In this document: in pieces, positions 19,994-30,047 of the stretch
How positions within the stretch are numbered: the first letter of the stretch is position 1
Layout of the letters: each line of letters opens with the position of its first letter
Source: Methanocaldococcus jannaschii DSM 2661
GTDB taxonomy: Archaea > AGJL01 > Methanococci > Methanococcales > Methanocaldococcaceae
Length of the DNA: 32,000 nucleotides
Direction of reading: 5' to 3'
Assembly: GCF_000091665.1 (NCBI RefSeq)
Contig: NC_000909.1
Coordinates: forward strand, 1,026,629 to 1,058,628
Notes under the pieces: generated by a model
What the model saw: only the letters and a program-made list of their open reading frames with translations
Database searches by the model: none
Told to the model about the DNA's origin: nothing
Translations under genes and position numbers: made by a program

Positions 19994-20443
19994 TTATTTT
20001 AAAAAGGATAGAATTTTTCCAATGATGCTTGGGGCATAATTGGCTAATATTATTATAAGTGCAATAATTATAATATCTCTTTTTAGAGTATCAACTTTTT
20101 TATCCAATTGATAAAATCCCTCATCAATTTTCTTATCTAATTGATTGATTTTTTCAATAACTTGGTTGATTTTATTATCAACATATCTTAAAATTTTTTC
20201 CCCGATTAATTCCAAATCTTCTTTTGTTGTCAATTCTTTTCTCAATTCTTCTTTAAGTTCTAACTTTAAAACTGGTTTTTGTTCTTCAAATTTTTTAGAT
20301 ACATTCTCTTTACACTGCTTTTCAAAGAATTCTTCAATTATTTTGCAGAGTTCTTCAGCTTCTTTTTCATCCTTAACATTTTTAATAAGTTCGTATAATT
20401 TACTATATGCCACTGCCATAACGAACACCACAAAAAATTTCAT
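19994..20443 (-). CDS. Hypothetical coiled-coil protein with C-terminal transmembrane helix
   Basis: Heptad-like NQVIEKINQLDKKIDEGFYQLDKKVDTLKRD followed by IIIIALIIILANYA. Confidence 0.7.
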   Translation of the reverse strand: MKFFVVFVMAVAYSKLYELIKNVKDEKEAEELCKIIEEFFEKQCKENVSKKFEEQKPVLKLELKEELRKELTTKEDLELIGEKILRYVDNKINQVIEKINQLDKKIDEGFYQLDKKVDTLKRDIIIIALIIILANYAPSIIGKILSFLK

Positions 20444-20529
20444 ATATTTAGAATTTAGGAAATTCCTTAAAAATTTTTAAAAATTTTATTTTACTGAAGT
20501 AGGTCAAAGAGTTTCATCCTCTTTTATCA

Positions 20530-22176
20530 TTATTCAATCTCTAACTCAAATCCAACAACTGGGAATTCTAATTCAAAGTTGGTAATAACCTCTGGATGAA
20601 TCTCTCCAAAGTAGCCAATAATTTTGCCATCTTTCAATATTTTAGCACATCTTCCTTTAATGAATGATGGATGTTCAAAATTATCAAGCTCATACTCAAT
20701 TTTAAGCTCTCTCAATAAACCTTCAACATAGCTCTTTATCTCATTAAAGTTTGTTTCATTATCTACAATAACTCCAGCTATTTTTTTAACAACTCTTGAT
20801 TTTGTTTCAGCATTTTCATCAATAACAACACAATCTCCAATCTCAAAAATCTTTTGTGGCAACTCTTTATGTTTATTTATCCTCAAAGTTTCCATTAGCA
20901 ATGGTAAGATACTTTTTCTAACGATTCTATGCTCTATAGATGCTGGTTTTAAAACTTCTATATAGTTGTTGTCTTCAATTCTCATCTTTTTAAATAAAAC
21001 CTCATCATTTGAAAGCATTAAATTTATAACCTCATAGAATCCAAATCCAACCATAATTTCTCTTATAAAGTCACATTTCTTTTCTAATTGGTTAAGTTCC
21101 CCAATAGTTCCAATAATTGGATATTCTCCAGAGAACTTATTATATCCGTAAGCAATAGCTACTTCTTCAGCGATGTCAATCTCTCCAAAGATATCAACTC
21201 TATAGGCAGGGATGAAAACCTTTATTTTGTTATCTACAAATTGAGCGTCTAATCTACATCTTCTTAAGTAGTTTATTATAGTCCCAGGAGTTAGATTGGC
21301 TCCTAAAACCTTGTTTATGTATTCAGAAGTAGTTTCTAAGACATCCTCTTTTAAATTTGGATATATAGTGCTTTGATTGTCTTTAATTACTTCAACAGCA
21401 TGTATTTTTCCATACTTTCTCTCTGCCAATGCAGTAACAATAATATTTAGAGTTTTTTCTACTGCATATTTATCAGTTCCAGTAACATCAATCAATAAAT
21501 TCCTTGTTTCAGTTGTAACTCTTGTTAATTCCCCATTAATTATTGGTGGCATAGATAAAACATCCCCTTCACTATCTAATATTATTGGAAACTTATCATC
21601 TTTGATTAAATGAGCATATTTTATTCCTTTTTCATGTTTTTCTAAAATCTCTCTTGGTGTCATTTCCTCATCTGAATTTAATGGAACAAACTTAATCCCA
21701 TCCCCACTAACTTCTTTGTAGTAGAATGGAGGCTTAACTTTATCTGCATCATGAATTCCTATTGCCACTTTTTTCCTATCTCTTCCCATAACCCAGTGGA
21801 GCTTTTCTTGAAGGTTAATTATGCTCTCTAAAACATAATCATCAACAATAACCCCTTTAACCAAAGCCATTGCTATGTATGGTCTTGTTTCAACATTCTC
21901 AACATATAATTTTACATCTGAACTCTCAATGTCGTATTTTTTTAATCCTGTTTCTATTCCAATAATTCCCCTAAAACCTCTTGCTAAACCTTCAGCACTT
22001 AAATAATCTGGTCTATTTGGGTTTATTGAGAACTGAATAATTTTTTCTCCATCTTCTTCAAAGATTCCTTCAACTTCAACACCCATCATTGGAAATTTCT
22101 CTTCAATAAATTCATCCTCTAAGGGCATATTAACCAATCTCTCTAAATCAGCTTTTTTTACATTTATTGTTGGCAT
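20530..22176 (-). CDS. pheT: Phenylalanyl-tRNA synthetase beta subunit (archaeal type)
   Basis: [52 protein letters not shown], ...FGEIHPEV. Confidence 0.96.
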   Translation of the reverse strand: MPTINVKKADLERLVNMPLEDEFIEEKFPMMGVEVEGIFEEDGEKIIQFSINPNRPDYLSAEGLARGFRGIIGIETGLKKYDIESSDVKLYVENVETRPYIAMALVKGVIVDDYVLESIINLQEKLHWVMGRDRKKVAIGIHDADKVKPPFYYKEVSGDGIKFVPLNSDEEMTPREILEKHEKGIKYAHLIKDDKFPIILDSEGDVLSMPPIINGELTRVTTETRNLLIDVTGTDKYAVEKTLNIIVTALAERKYGKIHAVEVIKDNQSTIYPNLKEDVLETTSEYINKVLGANLTPGTIINYLRRCRLDAQFVDNKIKVFIPAYRVDIFGEIDIAEEVAIAYGYNKFSGEYPIIGTIGELNQLEKKCDFIREIMVGFGFYEVINLMLSNDEVLFKKMRIEDNNYIEVLKPASIEHRIVRKSILPLLMETLRINKHKELPQKIFEIGDCVVIDENAETKSRVVKKIAGVIVDNETNFNEIKSYVEGLLRELKIEYELDNFEHPSFIKGRCAKILKDGKIIGYFGEIHPEVITNFELEFPVVGFELEIE

Positions 22177-22346
22177 CCTATCACCAGCAGTATTTTTTAT
22201 CTTAGTTGTAATAATTAGTTGTAATAATAGGATAATTGACTTAATAAAGCTTTATTATCACAAAATGTTTATATACGAGTCTGTAGATAATTTTAATTAT
22301 AGTTTGTTTAATAATATTCTATCGTTATTCTATCATTACATTATTA

Positions 22347-22750
22347 GGGTTTTAGGATTTTCAATTTTGTTAATTGATTTATTGATTGTCTTGTTGTATA
22401 AGTTTGGAATTTAGAAATGAGAGTATTTAGGAATTATTTATTTATTTAGAGGTTTTAAATTTAATTTCTAAGGGTTAGCTGGTTTGATTATTTAGAATAT
22501 TTGAGTTTATTGAATTATTCAGATTTTTAAAAATTAAGATTAATTAGTAAAGGAAATAAGATTTCTCTAACAGACAAGTTAAATTTTTGAATTTAAGGAG
22601 ATAAAAATACTCAGTTTTATTATGGAAAGGAAGATTTAAATACTAAAGGGTTTATATTATGGAGTAGTTACTTACCCTTAGAAAAATGTGGTGTAGAAAA
22701 GCTTAAATATTAGGAGAGTTGAAGTATATTATGTTGTGAATGATTGCCCT
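22347..22750 (+). promoter_or_regulatory. CRISPR array 2 leader
   Basis: Near-identical to the array 1 leader, including the ...AGATTTCTCTAACAGACAAGTTAAATTTTTGAATTTAAGGAG... block; TATA-like tttatatt at 22651-22658. Confidence 0.85.
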
Positions 22751-23674
22751 ATAAGACCGTTTCGGAATGGAAACCAATTTTTGTTAAAGATTTGGATGAG
22801 TTCTTCTTTGATATTGACAAAATATAAGACCGTTTCGGAATGGAAACCAATTTGGGCATTTCCCAACATAAACATATAATGAATCCATACATTAAAATAA
22901 GACCGTTTCGGAATGGAAACAGAAGTTTTTCTTGGACAAATCTTACAGGGTGTTGTCCCATTAAAATAAGACCGTTTCGGAATGGAAACTTGTGTCCATT
23001 GTAAGCGTTAAAAATAATGCAAATTATTAAAATAAGACCGTTTCGGAATGGAAACTATTTTATCACCCGTTTATGTTTTTTACGGTTAATACTATAATTA
23101 AAATAAGACCGTTTCGGAATGGAAACAACTACTTTGTAGATGATTTTTTAGAGGATTTGGAGAATTAAAATAAGACCGTTTCGGAATGGAAACGATACAT
23201 AGTATTCTCCATTTTTCTTTTCAATAACTACATTACATCATTAAAATAAGACCGTTTCGGAATGGAAACTTGAGTGTGGAATTAGAAGAAATAAACTTTA
23301 GGAAAGGTTAATTAAAATAAGACCGTTTCGGAATGGAAACATAAAATCTCTAACCTCTCCAGCGTTATCAAAAGTAATTAAAATAAGACCGTTTCGGAAT
23401 GGAAATTCGTTATCTGGTCTCATGTATGGTTCCAAAAACTTCAATGTGAGAATTAAAATAAGACCGTTTCGGAGTGGAAATTATAGTCATTTGATTTACA
23501 TACACTAACTCTGTAAGCTCTTGTATTAAAATAAGACCTCTTGGAGAATGGAAATTAGATAGATTATTATTTTTAGTGATTAAAATCAGACCGATTTGGA
23601 ATGGAAACAATAGGGTTTTATCTCTTTTTCATAAATTTCTATTGATTAAAATCAGCCTCTTAGAAGTATAAAAC
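22751..23674 (+). CRISPR. CRISPR array 2: 14 repeats, 13 spacers. Main repeat ATTAAAATAAGACCGTTTCGGAATGGAAAC (30 nt); first repeat truncated, last three variant
   Basis: Repeat starts at about 22751 (partial), 22818, 22891, 22960, 23026, 23097, 23164, 23240, 23311, 23377, 23452, 23525, 23579 and 23645, separated by unique spacers. Confidence 0.98.
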
Positions 23675-23855
23675 GGGATTTTATATCTTTTAAAGCTGAA
23701 AATTATAAATTTGAAAGTAAGAATAATTTTTAACCTTAATAGTAAGATATTAAATAGACAAAACTTTTTTTATCTTAAGCTACAGAATTATAGAAACTTT
23801 TTTAAAAGAATTAAACAAATCTTAAAGAGCAGAGTATATACAATTTGGTGATATT

Positions 23856-24386
23856 ATGGACAAAAAATCCAAATTAATAAACCTGCTAAAAGAGGTTGGT
23901 TGTATAAGATTTGGAGAATTTATCTTAGCCTCTGGTAAAAAAAGTAACTACTACATAGACATAAAAAAAGCCACCACAAACCCAGAAATTTTAAAGTTAG
24001 TTGGAGAAATTATTGCTGAGCAAATAAAGGATGAAGATGTAAAAGTTGCTGGAGTAGAGCTTGGTTCTGTCCCTATAGCTACAGCTGTCTCAATTATTGC
24101 TCAAAAACCACTATTAATTGTTAGAAAGAAACCTAAGGATTACGGAACTAAAAATAAGATAGAAGGAGAGCTAAAAGAAGGAGATAAGGTTGTTATTGTG
24201 GAGGATGTTACTACAACTGGAGGAAGTGTGCTAAAGGCAGTTAAAGAGATTAGGGAAAATGGTGGAATTGTTGATAAAGTTTTTGTTGTTGTTGATAGGT
24301 TAGAAGGAGCTAAAGAAAACCTACAAAAAGAGAATGTTGAATTAATCCCATTAGTTACTGTTAAGGAGCTACAATCCACTCAATAA
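23856..24386 (+). CDS. pyrE: Orotate phosphoribosyltransferase
   Basis: FILASGKKSNYYIDIKKA, VIVEDVTTTGGSVLKAV (PRPP-binding motif). Confidence 0.96.
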   Translation: MDKKSKLINLLKEVGCIRFGEFILASGKKSNYYIDIKKATTNPEILKLVGEIIAEQIKDEDVKVAGVELGSVPIATAVSIIAQKPLLIVRKKPKDYGTKNKIEGELKEGDKVVIVEDVTTTGGSVLKAVKEIRENGGIVDKVFVVVDRLEGAKENLQKENVELIPLVTVKELQSTQ

Positions 24387-24404
24387 ATCTAAAAACCTCT
24401 TAGT

Positions 24405-24474
24405 CCATAGGGGAAACCCCTATTGGGATACTCCCCGTCCATTAAGTTGCTCCTTTCAGGAGCAATTAATGTCC
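24405..24474 (+). repeat. Structured palindromic element, copy A
   Basis: ATAGGGG-AAA-CCCCTAT, GGGA-TAC-TCCC and CATTAA-G-TTGCTCCT-TTC-AGGAGCAA-TTAATG hairpins; flanked by 38/39-nt direct repeats 24367-24404 and 24481-24519. Confidence 0.9.
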
Positions 24475-24483
24475 ATTTTAAGC

Positions 24484-25944
24484 TTATAATCCACTCAATA
24501 AATCTAAAAACTTCTTAGTTTTCTCTTTTTTAACCTTACCAAATTTCTCTAATTTGCTAACATCTACATTTTTATCCTTTAAAATTTCTTTTATTGGTTC
24601 TATGAGTGCAATTTTTTTAAGTAAGTCTTCAATATCCTTCTTTTTGAAGTTAAATCTTTCCACAGCATCCCAGTCGTGAATTAAGTATAAAGCAACTCCA
24701 CCAATGTTCTTTAAAGGAATCTGATATTTTGGCAACTCCTCCTCCAATTTAAATTTTAAATCTAAAACATCCACACAATTAATCCCATCAACACTCATCC
24801 AAGATAAAAATCCTCTCTGTGGAGTAATCATAATAGATGGGAACAAATTACTCCTTGCCCTCTCATCTGGTGTTTTGTAGAGATAAAATTTAAAAACATC
24901 TTCAGAAAATCTCTTTATCAAAATATCTTTTGATATTTTTTTAGATAATTCATTTTTAATCTTAATTGCCTTTTTTAACGGTTCAATTGGTTCTCCATCT
25001 CTATATAATCCTTCTTTTTCCAAAATCTCTTTAAGTTCAAGCTCTTTTAATTTTCTTTCTTCCATGCATCTAACGTCTAAAATTCCCCCACTTATATCTG
25101 CCTCTTCTCTAAATAATAAGCAGAGTTCTAAATATCTGTTAAGGTATTTTTTTTCTTCTTCATTAAGCAATTTATCAATTTTTTCATTTATTGCTTTTTC
25201 AATCTCATCTTTGTAAGTGTTGAGATAGCCGATAGCTAATACTCTCCTAACATACTGGTCATCTATAATCTTATTTTTTGAGAAATTCCTTTTTATTGAT
25301 GTAATTATAGCATTTCCAAACTTCTCTTTGATGTATTTCTCATAGTTTTTGTCTTCAACTTTAATTCTCTTAAATTCTCTCTTTCCTTTATCAATAACTA
25401 TAAGGGATATTGTATAGGATGTTAAAATCCCTCTACCCTTTGGTTCTAAGATATCTAAAAATTCTTTATATGTTGTGACTAAATAAGGTGGAAATTCAAA
25501 CATTATCTTTTTATAAGAACCATCTAAAGGCAAGTTTGGAGGTAAATTTATGTTTCCAATATCTTCAGTTAAATGGGCTAAGGCAATTTTATGGGCAACT
25601 AAGGCATGTCTAACCCTCTCTAAGATACCTTTTTTCTCACTTGCTATTCTTCTCAAATATGTGCTGTAGCTTGCAATCTCTTGTAATCCTTCACTATCAT
25701 AACCTCCTTTCAACTTTCCAACATTTTTATATGGGGAATCAAACTCTAAAAACTCCATTTTTGATTTTAAATCTTGTAAAATCTCTAAGTTTTTTTCTAA
25801 GGTTAATATAATATCAGATAATTTAGTTTTATCAATTGTTTTGTTTTTTATTTTACCAACTACCTCTTTTAATTTATCGTTAATCTCATTTAAAGAATCC
25901 AAAAATTCATTGGCATTCTTTATTAAATTGCTTGTGCTCTCCAT
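24484..25944 (-). CDS. Conserved hypothetical protein, 486 aa
   Basis: Long ORF with coding composition; no family confidently recognised. Overlaps the start of cca. Confidence 0.75.
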   Translation of the reverse strand: MESTSNLIKNANEFLDSLNEINDKLKEVVGKIKNKTIDKTKLSDIILTLEKNLEILQDLKSKMEFLEFDSPYKNVGKLKGGYDSEGLQEIASYSTYLRRIASEKKGILERVRHALVAHKIALAHLTEDIGNINLPPNLPLDGSYKKIMFEFPPYLVTTYKEFLDILEPKGRGILTSYTISLIVIDKGKREFKRIKVEDKNYEKYIKEKFGNAIITSIKRNFSKNKIIDDQYVRRVLAIGYLNTYKDEIEKAINEKIDKLLNEEEKKYLNRYLELCLLFREEADISGGILDVRCMEERKLKELELKEILEKEGLYRDGEPIEPLKKAIKIKNELSKKISKDILIKRFSEDVFKFYLYKTPDERARSNLFPSIMITPQRGFLSWMSVDGINCVDVLDLKFKLEEELPKYQIPLKNIGGVALYLIHDWDAVERFNFKKKDIEDLLKKIALIEPIKEILKDKNVDVSKLEKFGKVKKEKTKKFLDLLSGL

Positions 25945-27256
25945 GGCTATTCAACTCAATAATCTTTCCGTTTCTTGGATTTACATACTTCGGAATAGAG
26001 ATATTCTGTAAATTCCCATTAACAATGTCTTTAAATAAATCGATTATGTGAGAATATTCTCTCTCTGTATAGGCAAATAACTTACAATCCCTAATAAAAA
26101 CTTTACCATACTTCTTTAAAAACCTCTCTGCCCTCTCCTTCTCAAATACCGGAGGCCCTTCTCTCAAAGCAATTTTTGGTAGTTCATACACTAAAAATTC
26201 CCAATACAGATAGCAATAGTTATCATCTGCAAAACACTTGCTATTCAAAATTACAAATTCATTTTTAACAATAACTTTATTTATACTTTTTTGAAGCTTC
26301 TCCATCTGTGGATAGATGATGTCATCAACAACATTCTCCCTTGGGATTTTTAATATTAATCTATATCCATGCTCTCTATTTTCCAAAATCTCCTCTAACT
26401 TTTTAGCATAGTCCTTAAAGAACTCAATAGAAGGATTTTTTAAAAATTGTCTTGAGTAGAATATGAATCTGCAGAAGTTATCTTTGCTTAACGGAGAGGC
26501 TACATTTCTATTTAAATCTACTGGGTCATAGACAATAAACGGTTCATCAAACTTTTTTAGCTTATTAATATCAACATCTTTATAAATTTCAAATATGTCT
26601 TTTAAAATTATCTTCTTCCCAATTCTCCAATTTTGAGCCTCTTTTAATAGATTTATGAATGAACCATAGTGTAGAATCAACAACTCACATAAATAGCCAG
26701 AGAATCCTTTAGTTTTTACGTCAGAACCATATAATCCCAAACTCTTTAAAAATGCCTTTAACAACCTAACTTCATCACAAAGCCTTTCATTCAACCTACT
26801 AATTAAAAATTTATGATGCAATGGAGTTCTATCAACTGCAGATATTATTTTTTCTCCAAAGTCTATCTTATAGCATGGGACTATATCAACTTCATAACCA
26901 TCAACTTCACCATTAACATAGGGATGAGAGGCATAGTTTATGTTATAAGAGCCGTTTAACCTCTTTATTGCCTCTGTTCCTATTTTTAATCCAATCTCTT
27001 CTAATTCATCTTCAGAAACTGATTTGTCAAACAATACAAAAATATCAATATCATAGTCATCCTTTAAATTTGTGTTTCTTGCTGAAGAGCCAACCAATAA
27101 AACCTCTAAGATTGGATAGCTATTCTCTCTGACTATTTCCCAAATTTTATCAATGATTTCATTAGCTTTAAGTTGCAGTTTTTCCATATCTTCCTTTGAA
27201 GGCTTTATTTCATTTAAAACTTCTTTTAATATCTCCTCTATTGTCAAAACAATCAC
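25907..27256 (-). CDS. cca: Archaeal CCA-adding tRNA nucleotidyltransferase
   Basis: LLVGSSARNTNLKDDYDIDIFVLF (nucleotidyltransferase GS...DxD) and VDIVPCYKI; class I CCA enzyme pattern. The annotated start is GTG at 27256. Confidence 0.93.
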   Translation of the reverse strand: MIVLTIEEILKEVLNEIKPSKEDMEKLQLKANEIIDKIWEIVRENSYPILEVLLVGSSARNTNLKDDYDIDIFVLFDKSVSEDELEEIGLKIGTEAIKRLNGSYNINYASHPYVNGEVDGYEVDIVPCYKIDFGEKIISAVDRTPLHHKFLISRLNERLCDEVRLLKAFLKSLGLYGSDVKTKGFSGYLCELLILHYGSFINLLKEAQNWRIGKKIILKDIFEIYKDVDINKLKKFDEPFIVYDPVDLNRNVASPLSKDNFCRFIFYSRQFLKNPSIEFFKDYAKKLEEILENREHGYRLILKIPRENVVDDIIYPQMEKLQKSINKVIVKNEFVILNSKCFADDNYCYLYWEFLVYELPKIALREGPPVFEKERAERFLKKYGKVFIRDCKLFAYTEREYSHIIDLFKDIVNGNLQNISIPKYVNPRNGKIIELNSHGEHKQFNKECQ

Positions 27257-27284
27257 CGAACTAAAACTTATTGTTATTAATAAT

Positions 27285-27356
27285 GGACATTAATTAGGGC
27301 TGAAAGCCCTAACTTAATGGACGGGAGGTATCCCAATAGGAGGTTTCCTCCTATGG
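27285..27356 (-). repeat. Structured palindromic element, copy B
   Basis: On the minus strand: ATAGGAGG-AAA-CCTCCTAT and CATTAA-G-TTAGGGCT-TTC-AGCCCTAA-TTAATG; flanked by exact 14-nt direct repeats TCAAAACAATCACC (27244-27257, 27360-27373). Confidence 0.9.
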
Positions 27357-27374
27357 TTTTCAAAACAATCACCA

Positions 27375-28280
27375 TCATGCTATTAATGATATTAAAATCC
27401 CAACTATACCAAAGAATATCCCAATTATCCATAAAACTGTAACTAAGTGAGGCTCTCTCATTGGTTTATACTTCAATATAAGCCTTGGTAGGGATAGATA
27501 GCCACCTATATAGTATAGCTTCCCATCTTCTTTGAGAGTTGTTGGTTTATGCTCATCCCTACTCATAACCCCAGCACTTAGATATTTTAAAGAGGCATCT
27601 ATCACATAAGGCATCATTATAACTAAAAATGGGATATATTCCTTATAAACTACTGCTAAGACAGCTAAGAAAGCTCCAATTGGTAGAGTTCCAACATCTC
27701 CTGGAAAAACCTTTGCTGGATATTTGTTAAATATCAATAGCCCTAAATAGGATGCAGAGAATATCAAAGCGGATAAAAATCCAGTTGTATAATTATCTAA
27801 GAATAAAACCAAAGCTAATGAAATAGAAGCTATAACTCCCATTCCTATCTCCAATCCATTAAAACCAGCTAACATATTAGTTAAATTTGAGGAAATCATG
27901 ATTCCTAAAGCAATAATCAAAATTTCTATCAAATTAACATAAGAATTGTTATAAAACAAAATTCCTATTATCAAACCAGAAATAAATAACAATATTAATT
28001 TTTCTTTTGGTGAGAGCTTAGCTATATCATCAACAATTCCTATAATTCCAGCAGTAATTATTGGTAAAACAAAAATTGGATTTACAAATGGGATAAATAA
28101 AGCATTAGAAAACAATACTGCTAAGCCCCCCATCTCTGGAACTTTAATCTTCTCTTTTTTATGCAAATCATAGCCAAATTTATAATTAATCATCTTCTTC
28201 ATTAAAAATTTACACAATACTGCTGAAAATATAAAAGCAATTATTGTATATGTAAATAAGTTGATAAAATAATGCCCCAT
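27375..28280 (-). CDS. Glycosyltransferase family 4 (UDP-GlcNAc/MurNAc-pentapeptide-phosphate transferase-like membrane protein)
   Basis: KIKVPEMGGLAVLFS, GIVDDIAKLSPKEKL, NMLAGFNGLEIGMG, FPGDVGTLPIGAFLA motifs. Confidence 0.9.
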   Translation of the reverse strand: MGHYFINLFTYTIIAFIFSAVLCKFLMKKMINYKFGYDLHKKEKIKVPEMGGLAVLFSNALFIPFVNPIFVLPIITAGIIGIVDDIAKLSPKEKLILLFISGLIIGILFYNNSYVNLIEILIIALGIMISSNLTNMLAGFNGLEIGMGVIASISLALVLFLDNYTTGFLSALIFSASYLGLLIFNKYPAKVFPGDVGTLPIGAFLAVLAVVYKEYIPFLVIMMPYVIDASLKYLSAGVMSRDEHKPTTLKEDGKLYYIGGYLSLPRLILKYKPMREPHLVTVLWIIGIFFGIVGILISLIA

Positions 28281-28348
28281 AACTATCCCCTTTATAATGA
28301 AGATAAAAGAAGTTAAAGTTTAGGATATATATGTTTTTTGCTAAAAAA

Positions 28349-28576
28349 TTATAGAAATTCTTTTATTATTTTCCTTACTTCCCTAAGCAATAAAAGTAGA
28401 TTAATAATGGCAAGGATAACTAAAACTATTAAAAAAATTGCACCAATGCTTTTAAAGTCCATCATAAAATACTTTTCAAAATATTTAAAAACAAATAGAT
28501 AGTATGGTAAAAGATAAGCCAAAAATATCCAAAAAATCAGTAAAAAGATATTAATTAGGATATTTTTATATTTCAT
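28349..28576 (-). CDS. Small two-TM hypothetical protein
   Basis: 75-aa ORF with two hydrophobic segments, in operon-like spacing with neighbours. Confidence 0.55.
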   Translation of the reverse strand: MKYKNILINIFLLIFWIFLAYLLPYYLFVFKYFEKYFMMDFKSIGAIFLIVLVILAIINLLLLLREVRKIIKEFL

Positions 28577-28585
28577 AATTAACCC

Positions 28586-29164
28586 TTATTCATTTTCCTC
28601 ATTTTTTACTGACTTTTCTAATGCTTTTTCTAATTTTTCTGTAGCTATTCTAATGCCTTCTTCAATTTCTTCTGAGAATATATGTCCTATATTTATAAGC
28701 ACAGTAACTGCCCATAAAACTAATATTATAAGCACTATTCCAGCCAATACTGGAGTTATTCCTGAAATTACAGGCAAGAAGAATAAATAAGCTATTATAG
28801 CAACGATTAAGTATGCTAATCCTCTTAAGCCCCTTCTGTATTTTTTAAGTTTTTCTTCATTTACCCTACTTCCTGCTAATTTTACAGCAATTATATCTGC
28901 TATTCCATCCATTAACTCCCCAAAGTCTTTAGTAACTCTTAGCAAGACAATAATTAAAGCTATGGTTATTATTGCTGAGATTATTGGCTTTAAAGCAGTT
29001 AATCCAAATAAATATGGATTTCCAAGCATATCAGCAATTGGAATAAACACTAAAATGCCAAATACCCAAATTAAACCTGCAACTACTAAATTGATTATTA
29101 TTTGAGGAATGTTTTCTTTCAACTTCAATATCCCCTCTTTATATACTTTCTCAACTATGTCCAT
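28586..29164 (-). CDS. Multi-TM hypothetical membrane protein
   Basis: 192-aa ORF with several TM segments and a conserved-TM-helix-like N-terminal region. Confidence 0.7.
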   Translation of the reverse strand: MDIVEKVYKEGILKLKENIPQIIINLVVAGLIWVFGILVFIPIADMLGNPYLFGLTALKPIISAIITIALIIVLLRVTKDFGELMDGIADIIAVKLAGSRVNEEKLKKYRRGLRGLAYLIVAIIAYLFFLPVISGITPVLAGIVLIILVLWAVTVLINIGHIFSEEIEEGIRIATEKLEKALEKSVKNEENE

Positions 29165-29247
29165 AATATCACCATTATCCTACTTTTGTTCATTTCTTGT
29201 CAATAAATAAAAATATTAGAACTTCTATATATAACTTTCTATCAAAA

Positions 29248-30033
29248 TTAGCACATTTTTAATTTATTAGCTAAATTTACAATCTTTTTAGCCCTATCAA
29301 TATCAATCTCATTATTGGCTTTCCCATCTTTCTTTATCCATGTCCCAATTATAAAACCATCTGCATAGCTCCAGAGGATTCTTAGGTTGTTATAATTTGT
29401 TCCAGAACCAACAATAACTGGAACATCAACCAATTCCTTAGCTAATTTTAGCTTTTCAATATCAACCTCCTTTCCCGTTCTCTTACCGCTGATAATTACA
29501 GCATCAGCTAAACCTCTCTCAACGGTATCCAACAATGAGCTTTCAAAGTCTATAAAATGATATGCATGCTTTACATGAACATCTGCAAAAACCTTTATCT
29601 TACTTGGAAGCAACTTTTTTAGCTTGGCTAATTCATAAGCTTTGCCTTCGATAATCCCTTGGTCTGTAAATGCAACACCAGATAAGACATTAACTCTAAT
29701 AAAATCTGCTTTAACAACATAAGCTATGGAGTAAGCCCCTATAGCATCGTTTCTTAAGATATTTATTCCCAATGGGAGAGATACCTCCTCTTTTATAGCT
29801 TTTGCTATTACAGCCATTGATGCAATGGTTATCTTATCAGCCTCTTTTTTAAATGGAGCATCTCCAAAGTTTTCTATCATTACAGCATCAAATCCAGCTT
29901 CTTCAAGTTTTTTAGCTTCTTTTATAGCAAAATCTACAATATCATCAAAGTTGTCATTGTAATGATAACTACCAGGCAATGGTTTTAGATGAACCATCCC
30001 AATCAATGGTTTTTTCTTAAACATAGGTATCAC
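29248..30033 (-). CDS. BtpA family protein
   Basis: KPLIGMVHLKPLPGSYHY, GFDAVMIENFGDAPF, TGKEVDIEKL, VGSGTNYNNL. Confidence 0.88.
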   Translation of the reverse strand: MIPMFKKKPLIGMVHLKPLPGSYHYNDNFDDIVDFAIKEAKKLEEAGFDAVMIENFGDAPFKKEADKITIASMAVIAKAIKEEVSLPLGINILRNDAIGAYSIAYVVKADFIRVNVLSGVAFTDQGIIEGKAYELAKLKKLLPSKIKVFADVHVKHAYHFIDFESSLLDTVERGLADAVIISGKRTGKEVDIEKLKLAKELVDVPVIVGSGTNYNNLRILWSYADGFIIGTWIKKDGKANNEIDIDRAKKIVNLANKLKMC

Positions 30034-30047
30034 ACTAGCTTATAATT

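Noticed and set aside
20145-21613. Plus-strand ORFs 20145-20480 and 21377-21613
   Set aside because: Antisense to the coiled-coil gene and pheT, with no motif support.
22749-23610. ORFs 22749-22961 and 23410-23610 on the minus strand
   Set aside because: They read through CRISPR array 2 repeats (FPFRNGLI, FPFQIGLI) with no independent coding evidence.
24140-24379. Minus-strand ORF inside pyrE
   Set aside because: Shadow ORF opposite the PRPP-binding region of pyrE.
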